Shown: positions 27,503 through 42,400 of the stretch, piece after piece
Numbering within the stretch: position 1 is the stretch's first letter
Layout: every line of letters starts with the position of its first letter
The notes under the pieces: generated by a model
What the model saw: the letters and a program-made list of their open reading frames with translations, nothing else
Databases searched by the model: none
What the model was told of the DNA's origin: nothing
Position numbers and translations under genes: made by a program
Source: Laetmonice hystrix
Lineage: Eukaryota
Length of the DNA: 64,000 nucleotides
NCBI GenBank assembly: GCA_965235115.1
Contig: OZ249436.1
Span: forward strand, 15,192,001-15,256,000
Direction of reading: 5' to 3'

Positions 27503-30500
27503 GCTGAAGCGGTGGCTCCGACTGCACTGCCACCTTCCGGCTACCGGTGGAATCACCACGTTTACCTGGCCGGGCTGGCAGCCACCTGTGGCGCTTAGGG
27601 GAGAGACAGGTTTCTGCAATGATAAGCGAAAAATGGCCTCATTTTTTATACGTCAATTTGAAACTACGCCCCCGAAATTATGATTGTTAGGCCAGATGTA
27701 TAAATGTCAAACCTATTGGTCTCGTACGTTCGCTACAGATAAATGGTTGTGATATGTATACTTCCCGTTTGAGTATCTTTTCCAAATTTTAACATTAGAT
27801 GCTCCTCGCCTGTACCTTTCATTTCCACTACGTCACTGTACTGTTTGCATGGGTAGTAGGCCAGCTTGTAAGATGTACGGACTCTTCACTGTACTGTTTG
27901 GCCTCCCATTCTGCTTTGCCTAACGGTATAGAATCTACTGTTTGGCCTCCCTGTACTGTTTGGCCTCACTGTAGTGTTTGCTTGGGTACTAGGCCAGGCA
28001 GTACCTTCTGGGGATTCCTCACTGTACTGTTTGGCCTCACTCTACTGCTTGCTTGTATACAACCGTAGCCAGTAGTATACGGATGCCTCATGTTTCATGT
28101 TTGCATGCCTTTATTGTCCAGGAGGCAGGCCATACGTTTCGTCTATCATTTACTCCCATCTCATCTGTGTCCCCTACAGACCATCTGTAAGTGTTCGACA
28201 ACGTTGTCAGGTAGTGCCAATGGCTGTTTGCCGTAAAGGTTTAATTAACAATGGCAAATGACGTTCTACGCCTTTCCTATATCAGATATCCTATCACCAA
28301 GTGAAAAACGATTACAGAGATGTTGCAGGCAACCGCCAGGGTGCTGTGCTGAAGCGGTGGCTCCGACTGCACTGCCACCTTCCGGCTACCGGTGGAATCA
28401 CCACGTATACCTGGCCCGGCTTCCAGGCACCTGTGGCGCTTAGGGGAGAGACAGGTTTCTGCAATGATAAGCGAAAAATGGCCGCATTTTTGATACGTCA
28501 ATTTGAAACTACGCCCCCGAAATTATGATTGTTAGGCCAGATGTATAAATGTCAAACCTATTGGTCTCGTACGTTCGCTACAGATAAATGGTTGTGATAT
28601 GTATACTTCCCGTTTGAGTATCTTGTTCAAATTTTAACATTAGATGCTCCTCGCATGTACCTTTCATTTCCACTGCGTCACTGTACTGTTTGCATGGGTA
28701 GTAGGCCAGCTTGTAAGATGTACGGACTCTTCACTGTGCTGTTTGGCCTCCCATTCTGCTTCGCCTCACAGTATACTGCTTTGCCTCACTGTTCTGTTTG
28801 GCCTCACTGTAGTGTTTGCTTGGGTACTAGGCCAGGCAGTACCTTGTGGGGATTCCTCACTCTACTGTTTGGCCTTCCTGTACTCTTTGGCCTCACTCTA
28901 CTGCTTGCTTGTATAGAACCGTAGCCAGTAGTGTACGGATGCCTCATGTTTCATGTTTGCATGCCTTTGTTGTCCAGGAGGCAGGCCATACGTTTCGTCT
29001 ATCATTTACTCCCATCTCATCTGTGTCCCCTACAGACCATCTGTAAGGGTCCGACAACGTTGTCAGGTAGTGCCAATGGCTGTTTGCCGTAAAGGTTTAA
29101 TTAACAATGGCAAATGACGTTCTACGCCTTTCCTATATCAGATATCCCATCACCAAGTGAAAAACGATTACAGAGATGTTGCAGACAACCGCCAGGGTGC
29201 TGTGCTGACGCGGTGACTCCGACTGCACTGCCACCTTCCGGCTACCGGTGGAATCACGACGTATACCTGGCACGGCTTCCAGGCACCTGTGGCGCTTAGG
29301 GGAGAGACAGGTTTCTGCAATGATAAGTGAAAAAAGGCCTCATTTTTGATACGTCCATTTCAAACTACGCCCCCGAAATTATGATTGTTAGGCCAGATCT
29401 ATAAATGTCAAACCTATTGGTCTCGTACGTTCGCTACAGATAAATAGTTGTGATATGTATATTTCGCATTTGAGTATCTTCTCCACATTTTAACATTAGA
29501 TGCTCCTCGCCTGTATATTTCATTTCCACTACCTCACTTTACTGTTTGCATGGGTAGTAGGCCAGCTGGTAAGATGTACGGATTCCTCACTGTACTGTTT
29601 GGCCTCCTATACTGCTTTGCCTCACTGTCCTCTTTGGCCTCACTGTAGTGTTTGCTTGGGTACTAGGCCAGGCAGTACCTTGTGGGGATTCCTCACTCTA
29701 CTGTTTGGCCTTCCTGTACTCTTTGGCCTCACTCTACTGCTTGCTTGTATACAACCGTAGCCAGTAGTATACGGATGCCTCATGTTTCATGTTTGCATGC
29801 CTTTATTGTCCAGGAGGCAGGCCATACGTTTCGTCTATCATTTACTCCCATCTCATCTGTGTCCCCTACAGACCATCTGTAAGGGTCCGACAACGTTGTC
29901 AGGTAGTGCCAATGGCTGTTTGCCGAAAAAGTTTATTTAACAATGGCAAATGACGTTGTACGCCTTTCCTATATCAGATACCCAATCCCCAAGTAAAAAA
30001 ACGATTACAGAGATGTTGCAGGCAACCGCCAGGGTGCTGTGCTGGAGCGGCGGCTCCAACTGCACTGCCACCTTCCGGCTACCGGTGGAATCACCACGTA
30101 TACCTGGCCGGGCTGCCAGGCACCTGTGGCGCTTAGGGGAGAGACAGGTTTCTGCAATGATAAGCGAAAAATGTTCTCATTTTTGATACGTCAATTTGAA
30201 ACTACGCCCCCGAAATTATGATTGTTAGGCCAGATATATAAATGTCAAACGTATACGTCTCGTACGTTCGCTACAGATAAATGGTTGTGATATGTATACT
30301 TCCCGTTTGAATATCTTCTCCAAATTTTAACATTAGATGCTCCTCGCCTGTACCTTTCATTTCCACTACGTCACTGTATGGTTTGCATGGGTAGTAGGCC
30401 AGCTGGTAAGATGTACGGACTCTTCACTGTACTGTTTGGCCTCCCATTCTGCTTGGCCTCACAGTATACTGTTTGGCCTCACTGTAGTGTTTGCTTGGGT

Positions 30501-30887
30501 ACTAGGCCAGGCAGTACCTTGTGGGGATTCCTCACTGTACTGTTTGGCCTTCTTGTACTCTTTGGCCTCACTCTACTGCTTGCTTGTATACAACCGTAGC
30601 CAGTAGTATACGGATGCCTCATGTCTCATGTTTGCATGCCTTTATTGTCCAGGAGGCAGGCCATACGTCTCGTCTATCATTTACTCCCATCTCATCTGTG
30701 TCCCCTACAGACCATCTGTAAGGGTCCGACAACGTTGTCAGGTAGTGCCAATAGCTGTTTGCCGTAAAGGTTTAATTAACAATGGCAAATGACGTTCTAC
30801 GCCTTTCCTATATCAGATATCCCATCCCCAAGTGAAAAACGATTACAGAGATGTTGCAGGCAACCGCCAGGGTGCTGTGCTGAAGCG

Positions 30888-31480
30888 CATTCGGGACTCC
30901 CTCGGGCATATGACGTCACTTCCTGCTATTCGAATATACCCTCGGGTTGAATAGCGGCCATGTTTGGCAACCAGATACACGGCCAAATGGAGGTGTGTAG
31001 CGAGGCACTGAGTGAACCGTCATATCCCATCGAGCCAGGAAGTAGTGCATTATTGACACCTGCTCCTTCGGCGTTGTATGTGTAAATATAAATTTCTGGT
31101 ATGAAGGGGAACGTTTGAAGAAGAAAAATGAATCACCCGATTGACCTAAATGGGCGTCAATACGGTAATTTATTAAATTCTGGGAAGCAATATGGCCGCG
31201 CCCATGTACGACACTGGCCCGACACATGGTAGGACTACTTGTAATCATGTTGTAATTTAAGTTGTATCATGACATGATACTATTGTAATATTGCCCACTG
31301 ACTTCGGGGAAAGCATTGTAGGCCTATTTTAGTTGCTTCCATGCCTGATGCAGACAAAATACTGCAAGCACTGCCATGCTCTCGAGAGTCCCGGCTAAAT
31401 GTACCCGCGATGCAATGCTCAAAATGGCACCTATTTCACCCGAGGCTACTTTCGAAGATATGGCCGAGGATTCCCGAATG
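30888..31480. mobile_element. 593-bp MITE, copy 3
   Basis: Same TSD and TIR, 3978 bp after copy 2. Private SNP CCCGATTGACC versus CCCGATTTACC near 31143. Confidence 0.93.
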
Positions 31481-34400
31481 GCTGAAGCGGTGGCTCCGAC
31501 TGCACTGCCACCTTCCGGCTACCGGTGGAATCACCACGTTTACCTGGCCGGGCTGGCAGCCACCTGTGGCGCTTAGGGGAGAGACAGGTTTCTGCAATGA
31601 TAAGCGAAAAATGGCCTCATTTTTTATACGTCAATTTGAAACTACGCCCCCGAAATTATGATTGTTAGGCCAGATGTATAAATGTCAAACCTATTGGTCT
31701 CGTACGTTCGCTACAGATAAATGGTTGTGATATGTATACTTCCCGTTTGAGTATCTTTTCCAAATTTTAACATTAGATGCTCCTCGCCTGTACCTTTCAT
31801 TTCCACTACGTCACTGTACTGTTTGCATGGGTAGTAGGCCAGCTTGTAAGATGTACGGACTCTTCACTGTACTGTTTGGCCTCCCATTCTGCTTTGCCTA
31901 ACGGTATAGAATCTACTGTTTGGCCTCCCTGTACTGTTTGGCCTCACTGTAGTGTTTGCTTGGGTACTAGGCCAGGCAGTACCTTCTGGGGATTCCTCAC
32001 TGTACTGTTTGGCCTCACTCTACTGCTTGCTTGTATACAACCGTAGCCAGTAGTATACGGATGCCTCATGTTCCATGTTTGCATGCCTTTATTGTCCAGG
32101 AGGCAGGCCATACGTTTCGTCTATCATTTACTCCCATCTCATCTGTGTCCCCTACAGACCATCTGTAAGGGTCCGACAACGTTGTCAGGTAGTGCCAATG
32201 GCTGTTTGCCGAAAAAGTTTATTTAACAATGGCAAATGACGTTGTACGCCTTTCCTATATCAGATACCCAATCCCCAGGTAAAAAAACGATTACAGAGAT
32301 GTTGCAGGCAACCGCCAGGGTGCTGTGCTGGAGCGGCGGCTCCAACTGCACTGCCACCTTCCGGCTACCGGTGGAATCACCACGTATACCTGGCCGGGCT
32401 GCCAGGCACCTGTGGCGCTTAGGGGAGAGACAGGTTTCTGCAATGATAAGCGAAAAATGTCCTCATTTTTGATACGTCAATTTGAAACTGCGCCCCCGAA
32501 ATTATGATTGTTAGGCCAGATGTATAAATGTCAAACCTATTGGTCTCGTACGTTCGCTACAGATAAATGGTTGTGATATGTATACTTCCCGTTTGAGTAT
32601 CTTGTCCAAATTTTAACATTATATGCTCCTCGCCGGTACCTTTCATTTCCACGGCGTCACTGTACTGTTTGCATGGGTAGTAGGCCAGCTTGTAAGATGT
32701 ACGGACTCTTCACTGTGCTGTTTGGCCTCCCATTCTGCTTCGCCTCACAGTATACTGTTTGGCCTCACTGTACTGTTTGGCCTCACTGTAGTGTTTGCTT
32801 GGGTACTAGGCCAGGCAGTACCTTGTGGGGATTCCTCACTGTACTGTTTGGCCTTCCTGTACTCTTTGGCCTCACTCTACTGCTTGCTTGTATACAACCG
32901 TAGCCAGTAGTGTACGGATGCCTCATGTTTCATGTTTGCATGCCTTTATTGTCCAGGAGGCAGGCCGTACGTTTCGTCTATCATTTACTCCCATCTCATC
33001 TGTGTCCCCTACAGACCATCTGTAAGTGTTCGACAACGTTGTCAGGTAGTGCCAATGGCTGTTTGCCGTAAAGGTTTAATTAACAATGGCAAATGACGTT
33101 CTACGCCTTTCCTATATCAGATATCCCATCACCAAGTGAAAAACGATTACAGAGATGTTGCAGGCAACCGCCAGGGTGCTGTGCTGAAGCGGTGGCTCCG
33201 ACTGCACTGCCACCTTCCGGCTACCGGTGGAATCACCACGTATACCTGGCCCGGCTTCCAGGCACCTGTGGCGCTTAGGGGAGAGACAGGTTTCTGCAAT
33301 GATAAGCGAAAAATGGCCGCATTTTTGATACGTCAATTTGAAACTACGCCCCCGAAATTATGATTGTTAGGCCAGATGTATAAATGTCAAACCTATTGGT
33401 CTCGTACGTTCGCTACAGATAAATGGTTGTGATATGTATACTTCCCGTTTGAGTATCTTGTTCAAATTTTAACATTAGATGCTCCTCGCATGTACCTTTC
33501 ATTTCCACTGCGTCACTGTACTGTTTGCATGGGTAGTAGGCCAGCTTGTAAGATGTACGGACTCTTCACTGTGCTGTTTGGCCTCCCATTCTGCTTCGCC
33601 TCACAGTATACTGCTTTGCCTCACTGTTCTGTTTGGCCTCACTGTAGTGTTTGCTTGGGTACTAGGCCAGGCAGTACCTTGTGGGGATTCCTCACTCTAC
33701 TGTTTGGCCTTCCTGTACTCTTTGGCCTCACTCTACTGCTTGCTTGTATAGAACCGTAGCCAGTAGTGTACGGATGCCTCATGTTTCATGTTTGCATGCC
33801 TTTGTTGTCCAGGAGGCAGGCCATACGTTTCGTCTATCATTTACTCCCATCTCATCTGTGTCCCCTACAGACCATCTGTAAGGGTCCGACAACGTTGTCA
33901 GGTAGTGCCAATGGCTGTTTGCCGTAAAGGTTTAATTAACAATGGCAAATGACGTTCTACGCCTTTCCTATATCAGATATCCCATCACCAAGTGAAAAAC
34001 GATTACAGAGATGTTGCAGACAACCGCCAGGGTGCTGTGCTGACGCGGTGACTCCGACTGCACTGCCACCTTCCGGCTACCGGTGGAATCACGACGTATA
34101 CCTGGCACGGCTTCCAGGCACCTGTGGCGCTTAGGGGAGAGACAGGTTTCTGCAATGATAAGTGAAAAAAGGCCTCATTTTTGATACGTCCATTTCAAAC
34201 TACGCCCCCGAAATTATGATTGTTAGGCCAGATCTATAAATGTCAAACCTATTGGTCTCGTACGTTCGCTACAGATAAATAGTTGTGATATGTATATTTC
34301 GCATTTGAGTATCTTCTCCACATTTTAACATTAGATGCTCCTCGCCTGTATATTTCATTTCCACTACCTCACTTTACTGTTTGCATGGGTAGTAGGCCAG

Positions 34401-35722
34401 CTGGTAAGATGTACGGATTCCTCACTGTACTGTTTGGCCTCCTATACTGCTTTGCCTCACTGTCCTCTTTGGCCTCACTGTAGTGTTTGCTTGGGTACTA
34501 GGCCAGGCAGTACCTTGTGGGGATTCCTCACTCTACTGTTTGGCCTTCCTGTACTGTTTGGCCTCACTCTACTGCTTGCTTGTATACAACCGTAGCCAGT
34601 AGTATACGGATGCCTCATGTTTCATGTTTGCATGCCTTTATTGTCCAGGAGGCAGGCCATACGTTTCGTCTATCATTTACTCCCATCTCATCTGTGTCCC
34701 CTACAGACCATCTGTAAGGGTCCGACAACGTTGTCAGGTAGTGCCAATGGCTGTTTGCCGAAAAAGTTTATTTAACAATGGCAAATGACGTTGTACGCCT
34801 TTCCTATATCAGATACCCAATCCCCAAGTAAAAAAACGATTACAGAGATGTTGCAGGCAACCGCCAGGGTGCTGTGCTGGAGCGGCGGCTCCAACTGCAC
34901 TGCCACCTTCCGGCTACCGGTGGAATCACCACGTATACCTGGCCGGGCTGCCAGGCACCTGTGGCGCTTAGGGGAGAGACAGGTTTCTGCAATGATAAGC
35001 GAAAAATGTTCTCATTTTTGATACGTCAATTTGAAACTACGCCCCCGAAATTATGATTGTTAGGCCAGATATATAAATGTCAAACGTATACGTCTCGTAC
35101 GTTCGCTACAGATAAATGGTTGTGATATGTATACTTCCCGTTTGAATATCTTCTCCAAATTTTAACATTAGATGCTCCTCGCCTGTACCTTTCATTTCCA
35201 CTACGTCACTGTATGGTTTGCATGGGTAGTAGGCCAGCTGGTAAGATGTACGGACTCTTCACTGTACTGTTTGGCCTCCCATTCTGCTTGGCCTCACAGT
35301 ATACTGTTTGGCCTCACTGTAGTGTTTGCTTGGGTACTAGGCCAGGCAGTACCTTGTGGGGATTCCTCACTGTACTGTTTGGCCTTCTTGTACTCTTTGG
35401 CCTCACTCTACTGCTTGCTTGTATACAACCGTAGCCAGTAGTATACGGATGCCTCATGTCTCATGTTTGCATGCCTTTATTGTCCAGGAGGCAGGCCATA
35501 CGTCTCGTCTATCATTTACTCCCATCTCATCTGTGTCCCCTACAGACCATCTGTAAGGGTCCGACAACGTTGTCAGGTAGTGCCAATAGCTGTTTGCCGT
35601 AAAGGTTTAATTAACAATGGCAAATGACGTTCTACGCCTTTCCTATATCAGATATCCCATCCCCAAGTGAAAAACGATTACAGAGATGTTGCAGGCAACC
35701 GCCAGGGTGCTGTGCTGAAGCG

Positions 35723-36315
35723 CATTCGGGACTCCCTCGGGCATATGACGTCACTTCCTGCTATTCGAATATACCCTCGGGTTGAATAGCGGCCATGTTT
35801 GGCAACCAGATACACGGCCAAATGGAGGTGTGTAGCGAGGCACTGAGTGAACCGTCATATCCCATCGAGCCAGGAAGTAGTGCATTATTGACACCTGCTC
35901 CTTCGGCGTTGTATGTGTAAATATAAATTTCTGGTATGAAGGGGAACGTTTGAAGAAGAAAAATGAATCACCCGATTTACCTAAATGGGCGTCAATACGG
36001 TAATTTATTAAATTCTGGGAAGCAATATGGCCGCGCCCATGTACGACACTGGCCCGACACATGGTAGGACTACTTGTAATCATGTTGTAATTTAAGTTGT
36101 ATCATGACATGATACTATTGTAATATTGCCCACTGACTTCGGGGAAAGCATTGTAGGCCTATTTTAGTTGCTTCCATGCCTGATGCAGACAAAATACTGC
36201 AAGCACTGCCATGCTCTCGAGAGTCCCGGCTAAATGTACCCGCGATGCAATGCTCAAAATGGCACCTATTTCACCCGAGGCTACTTTTGAAGATATGGCC
36301 GAGGATTCCCGAATG
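35723..36315. mobile_element. 593-bp MITE, copy 4
   Basis: Same TSD and TIR, 4835 bp after copy 3. Has ACTTTTGAAG where copies 1-3 have ACTTTCGAAG. Confidence 0.93.
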
Positions 36316-38864
36316 GCTGAAGCGGTGGCTCCGACTGCACTGCCACCTTCCGGCTACCGGTGGAATCACCACGTTTACCTGGCCGGGCTGGCAGCCACCT
36401 GTGGCGCTTAGGGGAGAGACAGGTTTCTGCAATGATAAGCGAAAAATGGCCTCATTTTTTATACGTCAATTTGAAACTACGCCCCCGAAATTATGATTGT
36501 TAGGCCAGATGTATAAATGTCAAACCTATTGGTCTCGTACGTTCGCTACAGATAAATGGTTGTGATATGTATACTTCCCGTTTGAGTATCTTTTCCAAAT
36601 TTTAACATTAGATGCTCCTCGCCTGTACCTTTCATTTCCACTACGTCACTGTACTGTTTGCATGGGTAGTAGGCCAGCTTGTAAGATGTACGGACTCTTC
36701 ACTGTACTGTTTGGCCTCCCATTCTGCTTTGCCTAACGGTATAGAATCTACTGTTTGGCCTCCCTGTACTGTTTGGCCTCACTGTAGTGTTTGCTTGGGT
36801 ACTAGGCCAGGCAGTACCTTCTGGGGATTCCTCACTGTACTGTTTGGCCTCACTCTACTGCTTGCTTGTATACAACCGTAGCCAGTAGTATACGGATGCC
36901 TCATGTTTCATGTTTGCATGCCTGTATTGTCCAGGAGGCAGGCCATACGTTTCGTCTATCATTTACTCCCATCTCATCTGTGTCCCCTACAGACCATCTG
37001 TAAGGGTCCGACAACGTTGTCAGGTAGTGCCAATGGCTGTTTGCCGAAAAAGTTTATTTAACAATGGCAAATGACGTTGTACGCCTTTCCTATATCAGAT
37101 ACCCAATCCCCAGGTAAAAAAACGATTACAGAGATGTTGCAGGCAACCGCCAGGGTGCTGTGCTGGAGCGGCGGCTCCAACTGCACTGCCACCTTCCGGC
37201 TACCGGTGGAATCACCACGTATACCTGGCCGGGCTGCCAGGCACCTGTGGCGCTTAGGGGAGAGACAGGTTTCTGCAATGATAAGCGAAAAATGTCCTCA
37301 TTTTTGATACGTCAATTTGAAACTGCGCCCCCGAAATTATGATTGTTAGGCCAGATGTATAAATGTCAAACCTATTGGTCTCGTACGTTCGCTACAGATA
37401 AATGGTTGTGATATGTATACTTCCCGTTTGAGTATCTTGTCCAAATTTTAACATTATATGCTCCTCGCCGGTACCTTTCATTTCCACGGCGTCACTGTAC
37501 TGTTTGCATGGGTAGTAGGCCAGCTTGTAAGATGTACGGACTCTTCACTGTGCTGTTTGGCCTCCCATTCTGCTTCGCCTCACAGTATACTGTTTGGCCT
37601 CACTGTACTGTTTGGCCTCACTGTAGTGTTTGCTTGGGTACTAGGCCAGGCAGTACCTTGTGGGGATTCCTCACTGTACTGTTTGGCCTTCCTGTACTCT
37701 TTGGCCTCACTCTACTGCTTGCTTGTATACAACCGTAGCCAGTAGTGTACGGATGCCTCATGTTTCATGTTTGCATGCCTTTATTGTCCAGGAGGCAGGC
37801 CATACGTTTCGTCTATCATTTACTCCCATCTCATCTGTGTCCCCTACAGACCATCTGTAAGTGTTCGACAACGTTGTCAGGTAGTGCCAATGGCTGTTTG
37901 CCGTAAAGGTTTAATTAACAATGGCAAATGACGTTCTACGCCTTTCCTATATCAGATATCCCATCACCAAGTGAAAAACGATTACAGAGATGTTGCAGGC
38001 AACCGCCAGGGTGCTGTGCTGAAGCGGTGGCTCCGACTGCACTGCCACCTTCCGGCTACCGGTGGAATCACCACGTATACCTGGCCCGGCTTCCAGGCAC
38101 CTGTGGCGCTTAGGGGAGAGACAGGTTTCTGCAATGATAAGCGAAAAATGGCCGCATTTTTGATACGTCAATTTGAAACTACGCCCCCGAAATTATGATT
38201 GTTAGGCCAGATGTATAAATGTCAAACCTATTGGTCTCGTACGTTCGCTACAGATAAATGGTTGTGATATGTATACTTCCCGTTTGAATATCTTCTCCAA
38301 ATTTTAACATTAGATGCTCCTCGCCTGTACCTTTCATTTCCACTACGTCACTGTATGGTTTGCATGGGTAGTAGGCCAGCTGGTAAGATGTACGGACTCT
38401 TCACTGTACTGTTTGGCCTCCCATTCTGCTTGGCCTCACAGTATACTGTTTGGCCTCACTGTAGTGTTTGCTTGGGTACTAGGCCAGGCAGTACCTTGTG
38501 GGGATTCCTCACTGTACTGTTTGGCCTTCTTGTACTCTTTGGCCTCACTCTACTGCTTGCTTGTATACAACCGTAGCCAGTAGTATACGGATGCCTCATG
38601 TCTCATGTTTGCATGCCTTTATTGTCCAGGAGGCAGGCCATACGTCTCGTCTATCATTTACTCCCATCTCATCTGTGTCCCCTACAGACCATCTGTAAGG
38701 GTCCGACAACGTTGTCAGGTAGTGCCAATAGCTGTTTGCCGTAAAGGTTTAATTAACAATGGCAAATGACGTTCTACGCCTTTCCTATATCAGATATCCC
38801 ATCCCCAAGTGAAAAACGATTACAGAGATGTTGCAGGCAACCGCCAGGGTGCTGTGCTGAAGCG

Positions 38865-39457
38865 CATTCGGGACTCCCTCGGGCATATGACGTCACTTCC
38901 TGCTATTCGAATATACCCTCGGGTTGAATAGCGGCCATGTTTGGCAACCAGATACAGGGCCAAATGGAGGTGTGTAGCGAGGCACTGAGTGAACCGTCAT
39001 ATCCCATCGAGCCAGGAAGTAGTGCATTATTGACACCTGCTCCTTCGGCGTTGTATGTGTAAATATAAATTTCTGGTATGAAGGGGAACGTTTGAAGAAG
39101 AAAAATGAATCACCCGATTTACCTAAATGGGCGTCAATACGGTAATTTATTAAATTCTGGGAAGCAATATGGCCGCGCCCATGTACGACACTGGCCCGAC
39201 ACATGGTAGGACTACTTGTAATCATGTTGTAATTTAAGTTGTATCATGACATGATACTATTGTAATATTGCCCACTGACTTCGGGGAAAGCATTGTAGGC
39301 CTATTTTAGTTGCTTCCATGCCTGATGCAGACAAAATACTGCAAGCACTGCCATGCTCTCGAGAGTCCCGGCTAAATGTACCCGCGATGCAATGCTCAAA
39401 ATGGCACCTATTTCACCCGAGGCTACTTTTGAAGATATGGCCGAGGATTCCCGAATG
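38865..39457. mobile_element. 593-bp MITE, copy 5
   Basis: Same TSD and TIR, 3142 bp after copy 4. Shares the ACTTTTGAAG SNP with copy 4 and has a private GATACAGGGCC. Confidence 0.93.
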
Positions 39458-42400
39458 GCTGAAGCGGTGGCTCCGACTGCACTGCCACCTTCCGGCTACC
39501 GGTGGAATCACCACGTTTACCTGGCCGGGCTGGCAGCCACCTGTGGCGCTTAGGGGAGAGACAGGTTTCTGCAATGATAAGCGAAAAATGGCCTCATTTT
39601 TTATACGTCAATTTGAAACTACGCCCCCGAAATTATGATTGTTAGGCCAGATGTATAAATGTCAAACCTATTGGTCTCGTACGTTCGCTACAGATAAATG
39701 GTTGTGATATGTATACTTCCCGTTTGAGTATCTTTTCCAAATTTTAACATTAGATGCTCCTCGCCTGTACCTTTCATTTCCACTACGTCACTGTACTGTT
39801 TGCATGGGTAGTAGGCCAGCTTGTAAGATGTACGGACTCTTCACTGTACTGTTTGGCCTCCCATTCTGCTTTGCCTAACGGTATAGAATCTACTGTTTGG
39901 CCTCCCTGTACTGTTTGGCCTCACTGTAGTGTTTGCTTGGGTACTAGGCCAGGCAGTACCTTCTGGGGATTCCTCACTGTACTGTTTGGCCTCACTCTAC
40001 TGCTTGCTTGTATACAACCGTAGCCAGTAGTATACGGATGCCTCATGTTTCATGTTTGCATGCCTGTATTGTCCAGGAGGCAGGCCATACGTTTCGTCTA
40101 TCATTTACTCCCATCTCATCTGTGTCCCCTACAGACCATCTGTAAGGGTCCGACAACGTTGTCAGGTAGTGCCAATGGCTGTTTGCCGAAAAAGTTTATT
40201 TAACAATGGCAAATGACGTTGTACGCCTTTCCTATATCAGATACCCAATCCCCAGGTAAAAAAACGATTACAGAGATGTTGCAGGCAACCGCCAGGGTGC
40301 TGTGCTGGAGCGGCGGCTCCAACTGCACTGCCACCTTCCGGCTACCGGTGGAATCACCACGTATACCTGGCCGGGCTGCCAGGCACCTGTGGCGCTTAGG
40401 GGAGAGACAGGTTTCTGCAATGATAAGCGAAAAATGTCCTCATTTTTGATACGTCAATTTGAAACTGCGCCCCCGAAATTATGATTGTTAGGCCAGATGT
40501 ATAAATGTCAAACCTATTGGTCTCGTACGTTCGCTACAGATAAATGGTTGTGATATGTATACTTCCCGTTTGAGTATCTTGTCCAAATTTTAACATTATA
40601 TGCTCCTCGCCGGTACCTTTCATTTCCACTGCGTCACTGTACTGTTTGCATGGGTAGTAGGCCAGCTTGTAAGATGTACGGACTCTTCACTGTGCTGTTT
40701 GGCCTCCCATTCTGCTTCGCCTCACAGTATACTGTTTGGCCTCACTGTACTGTTTGGCCTCACTGTAGTGTTTGCTTGGGTACTAGGCCAGGCAGTACCT
40801 TGTGGGGATTCCTCACTGTACTGTTTGGCCTTCCTGTACTCTTTGGCCTCACTCTACTGCTTGCTTGTATACAACCGTAGCCAGTAGTGTACGGATGCCT
40901 CATGTTTCATGTTTGCATGCCTTTATTGTCCAGGAGGCAGGCCATACGTTTCGTCTATCATTTACTCCCATCTCATCTGTGTCCCCTACAGACCATCTGT
41001 AAGTGTTCGACAACGTTGTCAGGTAGTGCCAATGGCTGTTTGCCGTAAAGGTTTAATTAACAATGGCAAATGACGTTCTACGCCTTTCCTATATCAGATA
41101 TCCCATCACCAAGTGAAAAACGATTACAGAGATGTTGCAGGCAACCGCCAGGGTGCTGTGCTGAAGCGGTGGCTCCGACTGCACTGCCACCTTCCGGCTA
41201 CCGGTGGAATCACCACGTATACCTGGCCCGGCTTCCAGGCACCTGTGGCGCTTAGGGGAGAGACAGGTTTCTGCAATGATAAGCGAAAAATGGCCGCATT
41301 TTTGATACGTCAATTTGAAACTACGCCCCCGAAATTATGATTGTTAGGCCAGATGTATAAATGTCAAACCTATTGGTCTCGTACGTTCGCTACAGATAAA
41401 TGGTTGTGATATGTATACTTCCCGTTTGAGTATCTTGTTCAAATTTTAACATTAGATGCTCCTCGCATGTACCTTTCATTTCCACTGCGTCACTGTACTG
41501 TTTGCATGGGTAGTAGGCCAGCTTGTAAGATGTACGGACTCTTCACTGTGCTGTTTGGCCTCCCATTCTGCTTCGCCTCACAGTATACTGCTTTGCCTCA
41601 CTGTTCTGTTTGGCCTCACTGTAGTGTTTGCTTGGGTACTAGGCCAGGCAGTACCTTGTGGGGATTCCTCACTCTACTGTTTGGCCTTCCTGTACTCTTT
41701 GGCCTCACTCTACTGCTTGCTTGTATACAACCGTAGCCAGTAGTGTACGGATGCCTCATGTTTCATGTTTGCATGCCTTTGTTGTCCAGGAGGCAGGCCA
41801 TACGTTTCGTCTATCATTTACTCCCATCTCATCTGTGTCCCCTACAGACCATCTGTAAGGGTTCGACAACGTTGTCAGGTAGTGCCAATGGCTGTTTGCC
41901 GTAAAGGTTTAATTAACAATGGCAAATGACGTTCTACGCCTTTCCTATATCAGATATCCCATCACCAAGTGAAAAACGATTACAGAGATGTTGCAGGCAA
42001 CCGCCAGGGTGCTGTGCTGAAGCGGTGGCTCCGACTGCACTGCCACCTTCCGGCTACCGGTGGAATCACCACGTATACCTGGCCCGGCTTCCAGGCACCT
42101 GTGGCGCTTAGGGGAGAGACAGGTTTCTGCAATGATAAGCGAAAAATGGCCGCATTTTTGATACGTCAATTTGAAACTACGCCCCCGAAATTTTGATTGT
42201 TAGGCCAGATGTATAAATGTCAAACCTATTGGTCTCGTACGTTTGCTACAGATAAATGGTTGTGATATGTATACTTCCCGTTTGAGTATCTTTTCCAAAT
42301 TTTAACATTAGATGCTCCTCGCCTGTACCTTTCATTTCCACTACGTCACTGTACTGTTTGCATGGGTAGTAGGCCAGCTTGTAAGATGTACGGACTCTTC

